Origin: Atractiella rhizophila
Taxonomy: Eukaryota
Direction of reading: 5' to 3'
DNA: 64,000 bases
NCBI GenBank assembly: GCA_021432655.1
Contig: MU271289.1
Span: 1 to 64,000, forward strand
Part shown: positions 40,413 through 52,030 of the stretch, in pieces
Numbering within the stretch: position 1 is the first letter of the stretch
Layout: each line of letters begins with the position of its first letter
Position numbers and translations under genes: made by a program
Notes under the pieces: generated by a model
Database searches by the model: none
What the model was told of the DNA's origin: nothing
The model's input: the letters and a program-made list of their open reading frames with translations, nothing else

Positions 40413-41057
40413 GTTTGAGCGGGTGGGATAAAATGGCAGGTGGAAGTGGACAGAAAGAAAGCATGACTTTTATGTCTCTGGAGGAGACTCTTGAGATAGG
40501 CCTAGCATCTGCCGCCAATGTGGATCACAAGGACAGACGCACAGCGTCTACAAAACGAGCGAGGACAGTGGAAAGATACCGTGTTAGTGGGGTGAGGTAA
40601 GAAGGGTAAGCTGTGACGGAAGAGAGGGTATTGCCGCTCGACGAGCTCTAACATTGAAATCTTCCCGCCGTGCCGCTGACACGCTGCCACCAGTGGAAGC
40701 TGCATCGACGAATCGAAGAGGCAGAAAGCTTAAGTGCTTAAGAGCTCAAGCGCTCTAGCTTTGCAAGTCTCATCGAACTTGACAATCAATGCGGTCCACA
40801 ACAAAGATATTGATGGTCGCCGCGATAGTTCTTGGATTACTTAATCACTTGAACTCCTTTCGCTTTGCATAATGATATGCTAGCTGGCAGCTAATGCAGC
40901 TTTCTTCGCCTCTTTTCAAGAAGTAGTATTCCGTGCCGTCGATTGCATGAGATTCCAACAAACGGATAATAAGTATTCCAACAAACATTCTACTCACGGA
41001 AATCCATAAACACAAATCAGATGCCTTCCCTTTCATGGTCGTCGTCGTAATCTCCCA

Positions 41058-44000
41058 TTAAGATTCTCCATCCCTCAGAGGCCTCTTCTCATCCACACTC
41101 TGCCGATACTCGTTTTCTTCCTTGGTACTTTCAATTTCCGGTGATGGTATGCGAGGTGGAGCAGCAACGCTGGACGACCCTGGAGGAGGCAATGAAGGCG
41201 GCGCGAAGCCGTAACTTGGGGGCGGGGGTCCGGGTGGGGGAGCATAATGCGGAGCTGGCGTATTGTTGTCCTCCCTATTAAGTAGGGGGACATGATCGTA
41301 AGCAGGTGCACTAGGATGTTGCATGCCTCCATCTCCAAACGAAGGACGGGAAACGCCAGCGTCTGGGTTAACAGGCCTGTAAATCTGCTGCCTCCCATTT
41401 TGGGCTAGAGTTCGTCGTCGCCTCCAGGGTTTCGAGTAAAGGAGCAGACCGACGACGGTGAGGAGAAGAATGCCGCCAATGATAGCTCCCGCAATGATCG
41501 ACCGTCGACGGTAGTAGTCACGTCGCTCTCGGTAATAGTCGTCCAGCTCCTGATCGGTGAGCGCCCCTGAGACCTTCGACGCATCGTTGTCGCCATCTGC
41601 TAATGCACCAACTACCAGAGCGTCGTTCGCTGTAGATGTGTTGGGTTGCATGACCGTATCGGGCACTGCGGCGGTTGTAGTCGCTGCTGGAGCGGGAACA
41701 GAAGCAGGCGTATTGATCGGAACTGAGACGGAAACTGCCACTGAAGAAGTCTGAGGAGAGGCAGCCCCGTTGGTCACCCATCCAGAGGTAGGCGACCATG
41801 AACCAGCACCTTGCCCTGAAGTCGTATTCGAACTGGTGGTCGTATTCGAAGGAGATGTGGGAGGTGCGACTCCACCAGGAATGAGGGGGTTAGGGTTGAT
41901 GAACGCCTGGGAGAACAGAAGGCGCTCCTCATCTGTTGCAGGTATCCAGACGTGATCTAAGGTATGAGTGGGATCGTGCCACTTCTTGGGATCTGAACCA
42001 GGGACGCTAATGTTCTGCAGAAAAGAGGCCAGGTCGTTTTGGAACCAGCTTGCCACTTCGGGTACCAACATTTTCTGAACTGCCATCACGTCCTTATCTG
42101 AACCAGGGACGCTAATGTTCTGCAGAAAAGAGGCCAGGTCGTTTTGGAACCAGCTTGCCACTTCGGGTACCAACATTTTCTGAACTGCCATCACGTCCTT
42201 AGAAGCCGAAGGCGAGTAGTTAAAGTCGAAAACGTGGCCTGCAAACTATTCCAGCCCAGCACAATTAGCTCAGCTTCCGTCATAGAACGAAGAAACGCAC
42301 GGGAATGAGATAGCCCTCTCCAGTATCACGTCCAGTAGTGAGCGCCGAAACAGGCAACCATGCGTCCAATTGTCCACTGAGAACAGCAAGGCGCGAGCCG
42401 GTAATATTGAGATTTCCATACATCGTGACTTTGGACGTATCAGGCGAAGGGGGGAGAGAATTGTTGGTGCCGGGAGGGAAGAGGTCGTTACACTGCTTCT
42501 GCCAGCTGTCCATGTTGATTAATCGACTAACTAATGTAGGGGTATCGGCTGGTGCACTCGTTTGGAAGAATCCAAACTCAGAACAGTATTGCCAACTCCA
42601 GGAACGATAGTAAGATTGGTCGACACCAGTGTATGTCGCCAAATCAGAATAATCGGTGTCAAGACAGCTTGCGATGTCTAGACCGCCACAGATGTATTCC
42701 CCAACGTAATCACCCGACCATGTTGCATACGCCTTGAAAGACGTGAGGAGGTCAGTGGTCATGGCATCCGTAACGGACCCATTAGCATATGTGGTGTTCA
42801 TGTCGGAAAACGCGTTCGTGACTGGCGTGTTGGGAGAAGCGAAGATGGAGAGGAGAGCCGTATCAAGTGCCGAACTGTTGCTGGTGGAGGCGGTTGTAGT
42901 GGAGTTGCTGAAAGCCGGGTAGGTGATGTTACCGCAGAGGCTGTCGATTGTAGGACCGTACAACCCATTCGAAGGATCCCAAGTGCCGTCACTTTGCCCG
43001 TCGTCAGCTTCGCCACCTTGCAACATCAGGAAGACGCACTATTGTCCCACCGCGCCAGCTTCCTGCCAATCTGCAGGGCCTTGCAGCAATCCGGTCACAA
43101 ACTACAGCATCAGTCATCAATTTCCAACAATGCGTAGAATGAGGATTGGACGCACATCAAGCGGTGTCCTGACACCTGACAATCCGAAAGTCTTATAAAG
43201 CTCTTGATTCAAACTCGAATCATTCATAGCTAGGACACGGTCGATTGCGTCGGTGAACGTCACAAGGAGGCAAGCGCAAGGCGGTGGAAGGTTCTTTCTG
43301 ACCAACTATCCATCGAGACCATCCCATCCCCGTCAGTCATTGAACACGGGAAGGATGAAAAACGCACGTCGTAGTATTCCCACATGTCCGCCTTCGCACC
43401 GACGACTGAAGCGCTGGCAATGTTTCCGAAGAAGACCGTAGGGTACGTGACCTTCATAATTGCAGCTTTTGCGCCAGGATAAGATCCTCCAATCATAATC
43501 TACCGCTCTCTTCAATGGTTATCCAAGTAGGAAAAGGTATGAACATACCCAAGGTGTACCTGGAGCTCTGATATCTGTGCCCAATTCAGGGATGACGAGA
43601 TTGGTAGCGAGCCAGGCGTTATCAGCAATTGATTCCTTGACGTTCAACCACTGCAGGTTGTCGACTGACAAGTCCGAAGTGGGAACGCTCGAGCCATAGT
43701 ACCTACAAATACAGCATCAATCCTAATACCACAGCCAACTGAAGCAGGAAGGGACACACCGGTGCTCCAACGCGATTCCTAGTCCTCCGAGTTCGTCCAT
43801 CAATGCATTCGCGACCGTTGTTCCGTAAGACACCCAGGAAGGCGAACCTTCGACCTCGCCTATTGACCATTGCGTCAGGTGCTTTCTCAACTGACTGGGG
43901 GGTATACGTACCGATGTCGAAGAGGATGACAGGTCCACCAGGTTTATAAGCCGTAGAATTGTACCAATACCTCTGTTTCCAGGTCGTATTGCCCGCCGTT

Positions 44001-44440
44001 CCCACATCAAAATGGCTCAGACGCTGATCGAACCACTGGTCCTCGCTAACATTATGAGCGCCAGCTGGTCCACTGACAGAAGGCGAATTGGTTATCCAAC
44101 CAATTGTCGAATTATCAGGGCCCTCCACGCCGGTATTAGTCGTCGTAACATTGATATTTGGAATAGCATTTTCGTCGTCTTCTCCCTCCTTAAGATTGCT
44201 GAAGGGACGGAAAGAGACCATCTTGGACGTCTCGGAATCGTCGACTAGAGAAGATAGGCCGAATCGGGAGCCTTCTGCGCTCGCTTTGTAGTTTTCGTAC
44301 GCTTTGATCATCCCTCCGGAGAGACGGGAGGTCGTGATGAGAGAGGAGGAGATGGCGTGCGAGTGCACCCAGTCCATGTTTATTGGACCGTGCCCCATGG
44401 CGCTGAGGGGCAGGAGGGACAGAAGGAGAGCGAAGGTCAT
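41058..44440 (-). CDS. Peptidase S28 family serine carboxypeptidase with C-terminal TM anchor
   Basis: Signal peptide; WFDQRLSHFD, WKQRYWYN..YKPGGPV, LEHR|YYG, IGGSYPG (Ser), WSWQYCSEFGFFQT, GQLDAW (Asp), GHVFD (His); S/T-rich stalk, TM helix, Pro-rich tail. Confidence 0.9.
41991..42201. repeat. Perfect in-frame tandem duplication, 2 x 105 bp
   Basis: Units start at 41991 and 42096; encodes KDVMAVQKMLVPEVASWFQNDLASFLQNISVPGSD twice. Confidence 0.97.
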
Positions 44441-45982
44441 GATGGAGGATCGTTGTACTACTGTTCACAACAAAAGTTAGTCTCGCTTCTTCAGCTAGCA
44501 GGAAATATCTGCGTGATAATTGTCTATACTGTATTCTGCAGCACGCACAATAGCCGCGACAGTGTTTCTCTTTTGTGCCCCTTTACAAAGGAGGCTTCAG
44601 ATAAGGCAATGCATATTCCAAAGTCCTAAAACCCTTGCCCTCTCCGAATTGCCGTGAGCAGGAGGGTGAGCCACTTCTGCCAATTTCTGAGAAGAACAAT
44701 ATTCACGCAGTATGCCAGATTCAAACTTCATTAACAATAAATTTTTGACAGCGCTGAGCTTTCTAGCTAGGCATCCACCGAGGTTCAACACAAGCCATTC
44801 CCCAAACGAGAAATGAAGCACCCAGAGAACACAACAACACCTAGACACCACAGCTAAAAAAGACACTAAAAAGACATACAAGTGACCCAAATCTTTGAAC
44901 CAGCTGCACAACTCGTGTCTCTCAATCGGACCTTGCGCAACGGTGTTCCAGCTTCTGGGAAGCTAGATTTTCTTTATTTCGGGGATCGGATGGAGAAGTG
45001 AAGGTGAGGGTGAGGGAAGAGGTGGAGGGCGGAGGGGAGGCTGAGGAGGCTGTTGGTCGTTTTACTGTTCACAGCCTGGTGGTTGGATAGCAAGTGCGGT
45101 GTACTTCGCTTGGACTTTCGACCTCGGACGAACCAGCTGGGCGTGTACGTTACGTACGCGTCGATCTCCATCAATGTCAATGTTCTTTTGTTCTTTTCAT
45201 TGCCAGCTGTTGCCCACGAAGAAAAAGAGTCGGTAAATATCACTTATAGATATAGCAGGCAACAGTGTTAATATCCAGACAGAACAAAATATGTCGTCTC
45301 CTCATTGGGTTCTGTGGTTCGCCTTTGTTTTCCTCCTTCAACTCTTCCAGACGATCATTGTGGCTCCTCCTGTGGAGCGTCTTGCATAGAGTCCCAAAAG
45401 AACCCGGAAGCACCTGATGACGGAGCAAAATGGAGTGGGAACAACTAGCGGTGAAGGCTGAGCAAGTACCTGACCGCCCGCGCTTTTAAGGTGTTGTGGC
45501 ACTGAGGACCTAGCAGAGCTCATCCATTCTTTCGTTCTTAGGAGTTTCTGGTTCTTCCTCACCTACAACTAAAATACTAACTCAAACGGTTTTCAGTCAC
45601 CAGCTCAGAGGTCCTGGTCAAGTTAACATCCACTTTAGTTGAATAAAATCATCGATCTCATCCGAGCATGCTCGAAAATACTTTTTACAGGAATTGTCCC
45701 GGCTAATATTCTGCCTCTACTCGATATGCCTGCATGTCATAAACTCAGCTCTGTTGTCGTTGTTGTCGTGAGCCAGTTGTCCAACAAATGTCGCATTTTC
45801 AAGGACAAGAATTGGTACCGTGCATCTCCTTCATGGGAGAGGCAAAGGGACGGAAGGTAGATGCGTGACTTTCAGCATTGGGGTATGATTGGCTAGTACT
45901 GGATCACGAACCGACCATGTCTCAATAATTGAATTAGAGTAGTGATTGCCCTGCTCAGATAAAATACTTTTTCAAACCGCTA

Positions 45983-47082
45983 TTAAGCCGACTCCGACTG
46001 TTGCTGTTCTGCTTTCGGCCTAAAACCAAGGAAAGCCAACTCCAACGACCTTTTATCGACCGACCAATGAGAAGTTCCCAAATACGAGTCTCCAACCGAA
46101 GCCGAATCCTTCCCATCGATCAAGAACCACTTTCCCCATTTGCCCTGCACCCTCATCGGCTTCCAAACCCTCCACGGTTGTTCCTTCCACACCTTGTCCG
46201 TCTTCGGAAACTGCCGGTTGTGGTAGAACTGATAGGTTGGAGAGAGCGGTTTCAGAAGCTTGACGTGGCTCACTTGGAAGATCCCGATGCGGGCGGCGGG
46301 GAAGACGAGAGGGTAGAATTTTAGGAGCGCTGTTGGAGGCGGTGGCGGTGGGAGGGCATCGTTGGGTCCGATGTGGACGCCGCGGCGTGGAGGGACGTAG
46401 CCTAAGGGATAATGGATACCTATGCGTTTGATGATCCTGCGACAACAGGTTATGTGAGTTTCATGCTGTTCGGCGGTGATGTGAAAGAGAATGAAGGGAA
46501 GTGAAGACTAACCGACGAGGAAATTGGGAGAGATATCCGAACGCGAAACAGGTCACTCCTCCAACTCCAAGTGCCAAAGCGAGCCTCTTCGCCTTCGAGG
46601 CCAGACGAAATTCTCCCGGTCGGTCTCTACAATACCATTCCACATTCATCAGCATCCTCTCACCGCAACGAGTTTTGAAACACAAACGGATTCGGTTCAT
46701 TGTAGTACTGAAAAACAGAAGTTGCGAGGTAGACCCTATTTCAATATTTTCTGCGTGAGCATAGAACCGTCAAAGGAAAAGAAAAAGGGAAATGCTGCAC
46801 GCACCCGGTGAGAGGAATGCCCATGATCCAGAAATATATCAATCCAAGGTATACGAGGTCGGTGTTTCGCTCATAGAGGACCGTCTCAGGTTGATACCCG
46901 AGCTTGGACCAATCCCTCTTGCCAACTCCTCCATACTGCTCAACGGAGCCTGGCAGCGTGTCTGAAGGTACTTCCTTTGCATCCCTTGCACGCCGCGAGA
47001 AATGGAAATGGCGGGAACGCAGGGATTGCCTCAATGAGAGCCTTAAGAATGGGAGTTGACGAAGACGAGAGAGGACTGGCAT
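45983..47082 (-). CDS. Small putative mitochondrial membrane protein (two TM segments)
   Basis: Arg/Leu/Ser-rich presequence MPVLSRLRQLPFLRLSLRQSLRSRHFHFSRRAR; two hydrophobic segments; spliced exons ending QQQSESA*. Family not confidently recognised. Confidence 0.65.
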
Positions 47083-47275
47083 GCTGGCCGTGAGTCCTTC
47101 AAAAAAAAAAGACCGTAACGTTGTCCAATGCAGGAATTAGAAGGAAACTGGTGTGAGTCATCATAATCCGCCCGTCGCTTCCGTCACGTTGTCAAACGAC
47201 GACTCGATTCTTTCGTCGCCGTCATCGCCCTTCACACGCTTCGATAACGCGGAAAGAGGTCTCAGCACAAGCAGC

Positions 47276-48877
47276 ATGTCGGGGCCAGGCACGCCACTGC
47301 TTCCTCTCTGTTGCATCACGCAGCAGCGTCGAATCCGAACATCCTGCCAATCTCAATTCCACCGCAAACGCCGATCCAAAACACTGCACCTGTTCAAAAT
47401 TCAAATGCTTCTGGAAGCAAGGGAGGAGCAGGAGGTGGAGGAGCAGGGGGGAACAAGAGGAACAGGAGACTTAGACCTTGTGATTCTTGTAGGAGGAAGA
47501 AAATCAGGTTCGTTTCTTCTTTCACTAACACTAAAGAGGTTAGAGGAGCCTCCCATTGCGCCATTATGGAAAGAGCGTTGTTTGATCCAGGGTTAGAAGG
47601 CTTCAAAAGGGCATGATTGTTCGAAGCGCAGGAAGCGATTGGCAGGGCGCTAATCGTGAGTCTCGCTGCATGGCATGTTTTGCAGTGATGCTACTTCGCA
47701 AGCGAATGTTCCCCTTTGTTAGAAATCCTCAACAGACTTGCTGTGTTGTGACCTCATAAGCTGTCGCCCGATACCTTGTGACACTTACACTTCTTTGTTT
47801 TTGTGTTACATCCTCCAAGCGTTCAGGGTCAGTTTAAGGTCAAATTTCCGACCAACTCGTGTTAGGCGTACCTTTCTCGCGTGCGCAACATGTTCTACGC
47901 AGTTGCAATGTCCGACCATGATGTTGAATGTGGTCTTGATACCCGGTTGGTGGATGAATCACCAAGGACTCAATTCATATTCTGAGGATCGTTTTCTGTG
48001 TTTTCGTCCATTGTTTCAAGAACCCAGCAGAACGAAGTAGATTCTCAAAAACAAGGCTGTGGTGCGTCCGCGTCAGAGGAGGCATAATCGGCTTCTTCCA
48101 TTGCTCTTCCTCCTGCTCAACAGGATGATGGAAGAATCAGTCGGGTGAGAGATGAGTATCCGAGAGTTGGAGGACGCTGCCAATTGATTGCCTCAAGTCG
48201 TCCAGACATAGTTGTTGTACCTCACCTCTCGCCTCAACTGCATGGGTGTGACCATGGCATTTTGGGCAGAAAGATGAAGGAAGGTACAGGAGAGAGGCTG
48301 GATTTGAATCTCAGGGCGTTCATTTTATCGATGTATTGTCGTCTGGTCTGTGTGTAATTTGGAGTTCTTGTCGCATGCTCCTGCTTTCAGGGCACACCTG
48401 CAGTTTCGTTGACGTCGGACAGATGGGAGGGCAGATATCCCGCTCAACAGACCAGTAGTACCGTCTTATCTGCCGTCCAAACACATAGATTTTGGCTTAA
48501 CTCCCCAGTTCTCTCCCTTGTCCCTTCTGGATAATTAGTTATGAGGACCATTACTTTTTTACCTGTTTCTTCCTTCGTTTCATTGCTACTAGATAATTTC
48601 ATTTACAGACTTCCTGTTTGCGGGATTGGGTAGCTTCAGTGAAGTGAGTAGGTAGAGATACTCAGCCAAGGCCATTTGAAAAGAGTCCTGGAATGACGAT
48701 CGTATTGCATTTCTTTGAGAGGGCTTACCAACGCCGCTATCTTCTACCTGCTGGCTTCGGAGACGAAAATAAAACTAATTCAATGCAACTGCAGGTGCGA
48801 TGCGGTTCCAGACGTAGATCCACCCGTCTGTGTTCAATGCGAGCGGTTTAGTCTCGAATGCACTTGGGTAAGTTGCA
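47276..48877 (+). pseudogene. Truncated, frameshifted copy of the Zn2Cys6 TF 5' end
   Basis: 1-nt deletion ~25 nt after the ATG (ctgcttcctct vs ctgctttcctct), deletions in the Gly/basic tract, ends just after exon 2 at the duplication junction. Confidence 0.88.
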
Positions 48878-49114
48878 GTAACTTGGGTAAGTTATGACAA
48901 ACAAAGCTCAAGAACAAACGGTTAAAGTGCTGTTGACCTCCATGTAAACAGTGTTCGGAACCTTACCCCAGCCCACCACCTTTGTGCGTCCAACGAAGTC
49001 AAGTCAGTCAGAAGTCACTCAAAGGAAATGTATAAAAGCCACCTTTCCGCCTCAAATTCCAACACACAAATTACCAGTTTCCGCAAATTTTCTTACCCTA
49101 CCTTTCTTCCCAAA

Positions 49115-50023
49115 ACGGTCAATCTTACTACGTATGTGCAAGCACCGTCCTTCAATGGTCGCCCCTAACGTGTCCCTTTCCGTGAGCAATAGCTCTGATG
49201 GAGAGTCCTACACCGTCGAGAAGGACGTGGCGTGCCGTTCTGTCTTGATCAAAAACATGCTTGAAGGTGAGCAGTCTCAGTCTCTTTGTTATCATCACGA
49301 ACAGTTTGGGGTCCGGCTGTGCCTTCTCAGGCCAGCGTTGATTCAAACATCGTTCTGCGCCATGTTCAAGTGATCATCGCACTTGTGAAATTGTGCAGTA
49401 TCTATTGTGATCCCAAATTCACAGACGGAGGAAACTGACGTGCATCCGATCGATGACAGATATCGGAGAGAGTGACAACCCCATTCCCCTCCCCAACGTG
49501 TCTTCCAATGTTCTGAAGAAGGTGTGCACTGGTCTTTTGATTATCGGCGGAACGGTTGGGTGATAGAACATTCTTAGGTTCTTGAGTGGTGCGAACATCA
49601 CAAGAAAGATCCCGAGCCCATTTCTGAGGATATCGATGACACGAGGCGGAAAACAACTGAGATTTCTGATTGGGATCAGAAGTACATTCAGGTCGATCAA
49701 GAGATGTTGTTTGAAATCATCCTCGCTGCCAACTATCTCGACATCGAGCCTCTTCTGTACCTTCGTTCCCGTCATAGCTATTAGGAGTTAGGTCTGGTTC
49801 TTACTCTGGTGTGAAGGGATGTGGGATACAAGGTCGTTGCCAACATGATCAAAGGCAAACAACCCGAAGAGATCAGGAAGCTCTTCAACATTGGTACGTT
49901 GGAAGTTTATTCCCGTGGTGATTAATCAGCTAACCATACTTGTTTGTTTCCGTAGTGAACGACCTCACCCCTGAGGAGGAGGCTCAAATCAAGAAGGAGA
50001 ATGAATGGGCTGAGGACCGTTAA
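49115..50023 (+). pseudogene. SKP1 duplicate with start codon ATG>ACG
   Basis: cccaaaACGgtcaat vs cccaaaATGgtcaat; substitutions IKPLL>IEPLL, GCKT>GYKV, NDFT>NDLT; donor gtacgt>gtacct; no stop or frameshift seen. Confidence 0.75.
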
Positions 50024-50303
50024 ATCCTTCATCCCATTTCGCCTGTCGGGAGTTCTTTAGACTCAACAGAATGAAAGCCTACCTTTTCAGTCAGCAGCTT
50101 CTTATTCACGATCTTTCTTCCAAGTGTATCTGTTTGTATGAAGTGTATCGAATGAATACGGTTAGCCTCATCTCCAAGAAATGCACTAAGGCGAAGACAG
50201 ATTATTTTATTCAGTACTTTTCGTTAGAGGTAAATATGTTCAAGTGCATTAGCAATATGGACTTCCCAGTGGCACAATTTAGAGTACACAAGGCGAATGA
50301 AAT

Positions 50304-51567
50304 CTACCACTTCTCCCTCTCAAACTGCACCAACATATCGCAGACCGTTTCTTCCATACTCCGATACTTCATAGCAAGGATTCTCTTCTCCTTCGTCATA
50401 TCATGCACCAATCGATGCCTCTTCTCACCCTTCTCACCCTTCACAAGTAGGTTTGAAGGATTCGGATTCGGACGTAAGGAGTTAGCGGCGCACACTAAAC
50501 GCACGAATCCAAGATCATTCATGCATCCACCGTGAAGAGGAAGTGTGCGAACCGAAATCCTGCCAAACAAACTCTCCCGCGTTGACGACGATCCTCTCTC
50601 CTCCCGCTTCTGGTACCTCCAAAGCTTTCACACAACCAGCAGCGACGTCTCTCGCGTCGATCCACCCATGTCCCGGTTCAGTGAGTAGGGACAAGCCGAA
50701 ATAGGTCCCTTCTCGAAGGCAAGTGCGTAGGCATTGATTGGTGAAGTTGGGCCTATCGTCAGTAGTGTGAATTACGGGCTGTCATAAAAGAAGTGGTTCA
50801 GAAGAGGAAGAGAAGGAGAAGAAGGGGTGACGTACGCCAAATACCCATGGTGGGCATATGGTTACAAGATCCCATGAAGGACGGTGCTCTTTGACAAATT
50901 CCCACGCACCTGTTTTGCCAAAGAAACATCAGCTTCTAATATAAAGCAAGTGAAAGGAAAGGCAGGACGCACGCTTCTCGGCGATTGTCTTGGATGCAGA
51001 GTACTTGTCTATCCCTTCTGCGTCTTTCCCTAGCCTTTCGCACCTCGCGATTGCGCCGTCGTTCCATACTTCTTCGTTCACAATACATGGTTCCGTTGCA
51101 GCCGCATTGATAGCGGTACAGGAGGAAATGTGGACGATGCGCTTGATTCAGGATCCTCGATTCATGGCACTTTGGAGGATCGAGAGTGTACCGTTCACTG
51201 TAGGGATAATGATATCTGTGGCGTCGTTCAAAGTCCAGAAGAGGAGGAAGAAACAGAGAGCAACAAGAGACACGGACCTTCAGGATGTTCAGCCGTCATC
51301 CCCATCTGAGCAGCAGCATGGTCAATTCCCTCCCAGCCCTCTACTGCCTGGTCGTATGCAACATCCACCTTCATCTCAGGAACAATTGCAATTTCTAGTT
51401 TCCCTTGCTCTTTGAAACAGGAGTAGATCTCAAGCAGTCGTTGGGCTTTGGACACTTCCCGAACTGCACAGACCACAATATGACCTTTCTGCAGGAGGCC
51501 AACAATGTACGACGCAATGAAACCATTTGCACCCGTAACAAGTATGCGTGATGTCGAAGTGGTCATG
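50304..51567 (-). pseudogene. Aldehyde reductase duplicate with premature stop
   Basis: TCA>TGA at 51148-51150 (RGS*IKRI); also GIVH>GIDH, DGAYD>DVAYD. Confidence 0.88.
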
Positions 51568-51832
51568 TTTGAGCGGCTACGATCAAATTGGGTGGTGGAA
51601 GTGGATAGAAAGGAAGGATCTTTGATGTCTCTTCGGGAGACTCTTGAGATAGGACTAGCATCTGCCGCTAATGTGGAACAGAAGGACAGACGCACAGCGT
51701 CTACAAAACGAGCGAGGACAGTGGAAAGATACCGTGTTAGTGAGGTGAGGTAAGAAGCATAAGCTGTGACGAAAGAGAAGGTATTGCCGCTCGACGCGCT
51801 CTAACATTGAAATATTTCCGACGGGCTATCAC

Positions 51833-52030
51833 CTCAGGTTGATACCCGAGCTTGGACCAATCTCTCTTGCCAACTCCTCCATACTGCTCAACGGAGCCTG
51901 GCAGGGTGTCGGAAGGCACTTCCTTCGCATCCCTTGCACGCCGCGAGAAATGGAAACGGCGGGCACGCAGGGATTGCTTCAATGAGAACTTTAAGGATGG
52001 GAGCTGGCGAAGACGAGAGAGGACTGGCAT
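51833..52030 (-). pseudogene. 5' fragment of the mitochondrial membrane protein gene
   Basis: MPVLSRLRQLP..KLGYQPE, then an abrupt switch to unrelated sequence at the deletion junction. Confidence 0.88.

Larger units (their letters stand above)
48879..51820. repeat. Diverged direct copy of 37705-40667 (SKP1 + reductase block)
   Basis: Collinear similarity through promoter, introns and UTRs, with scattered substitutions and indels. Confidence 0.97.
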
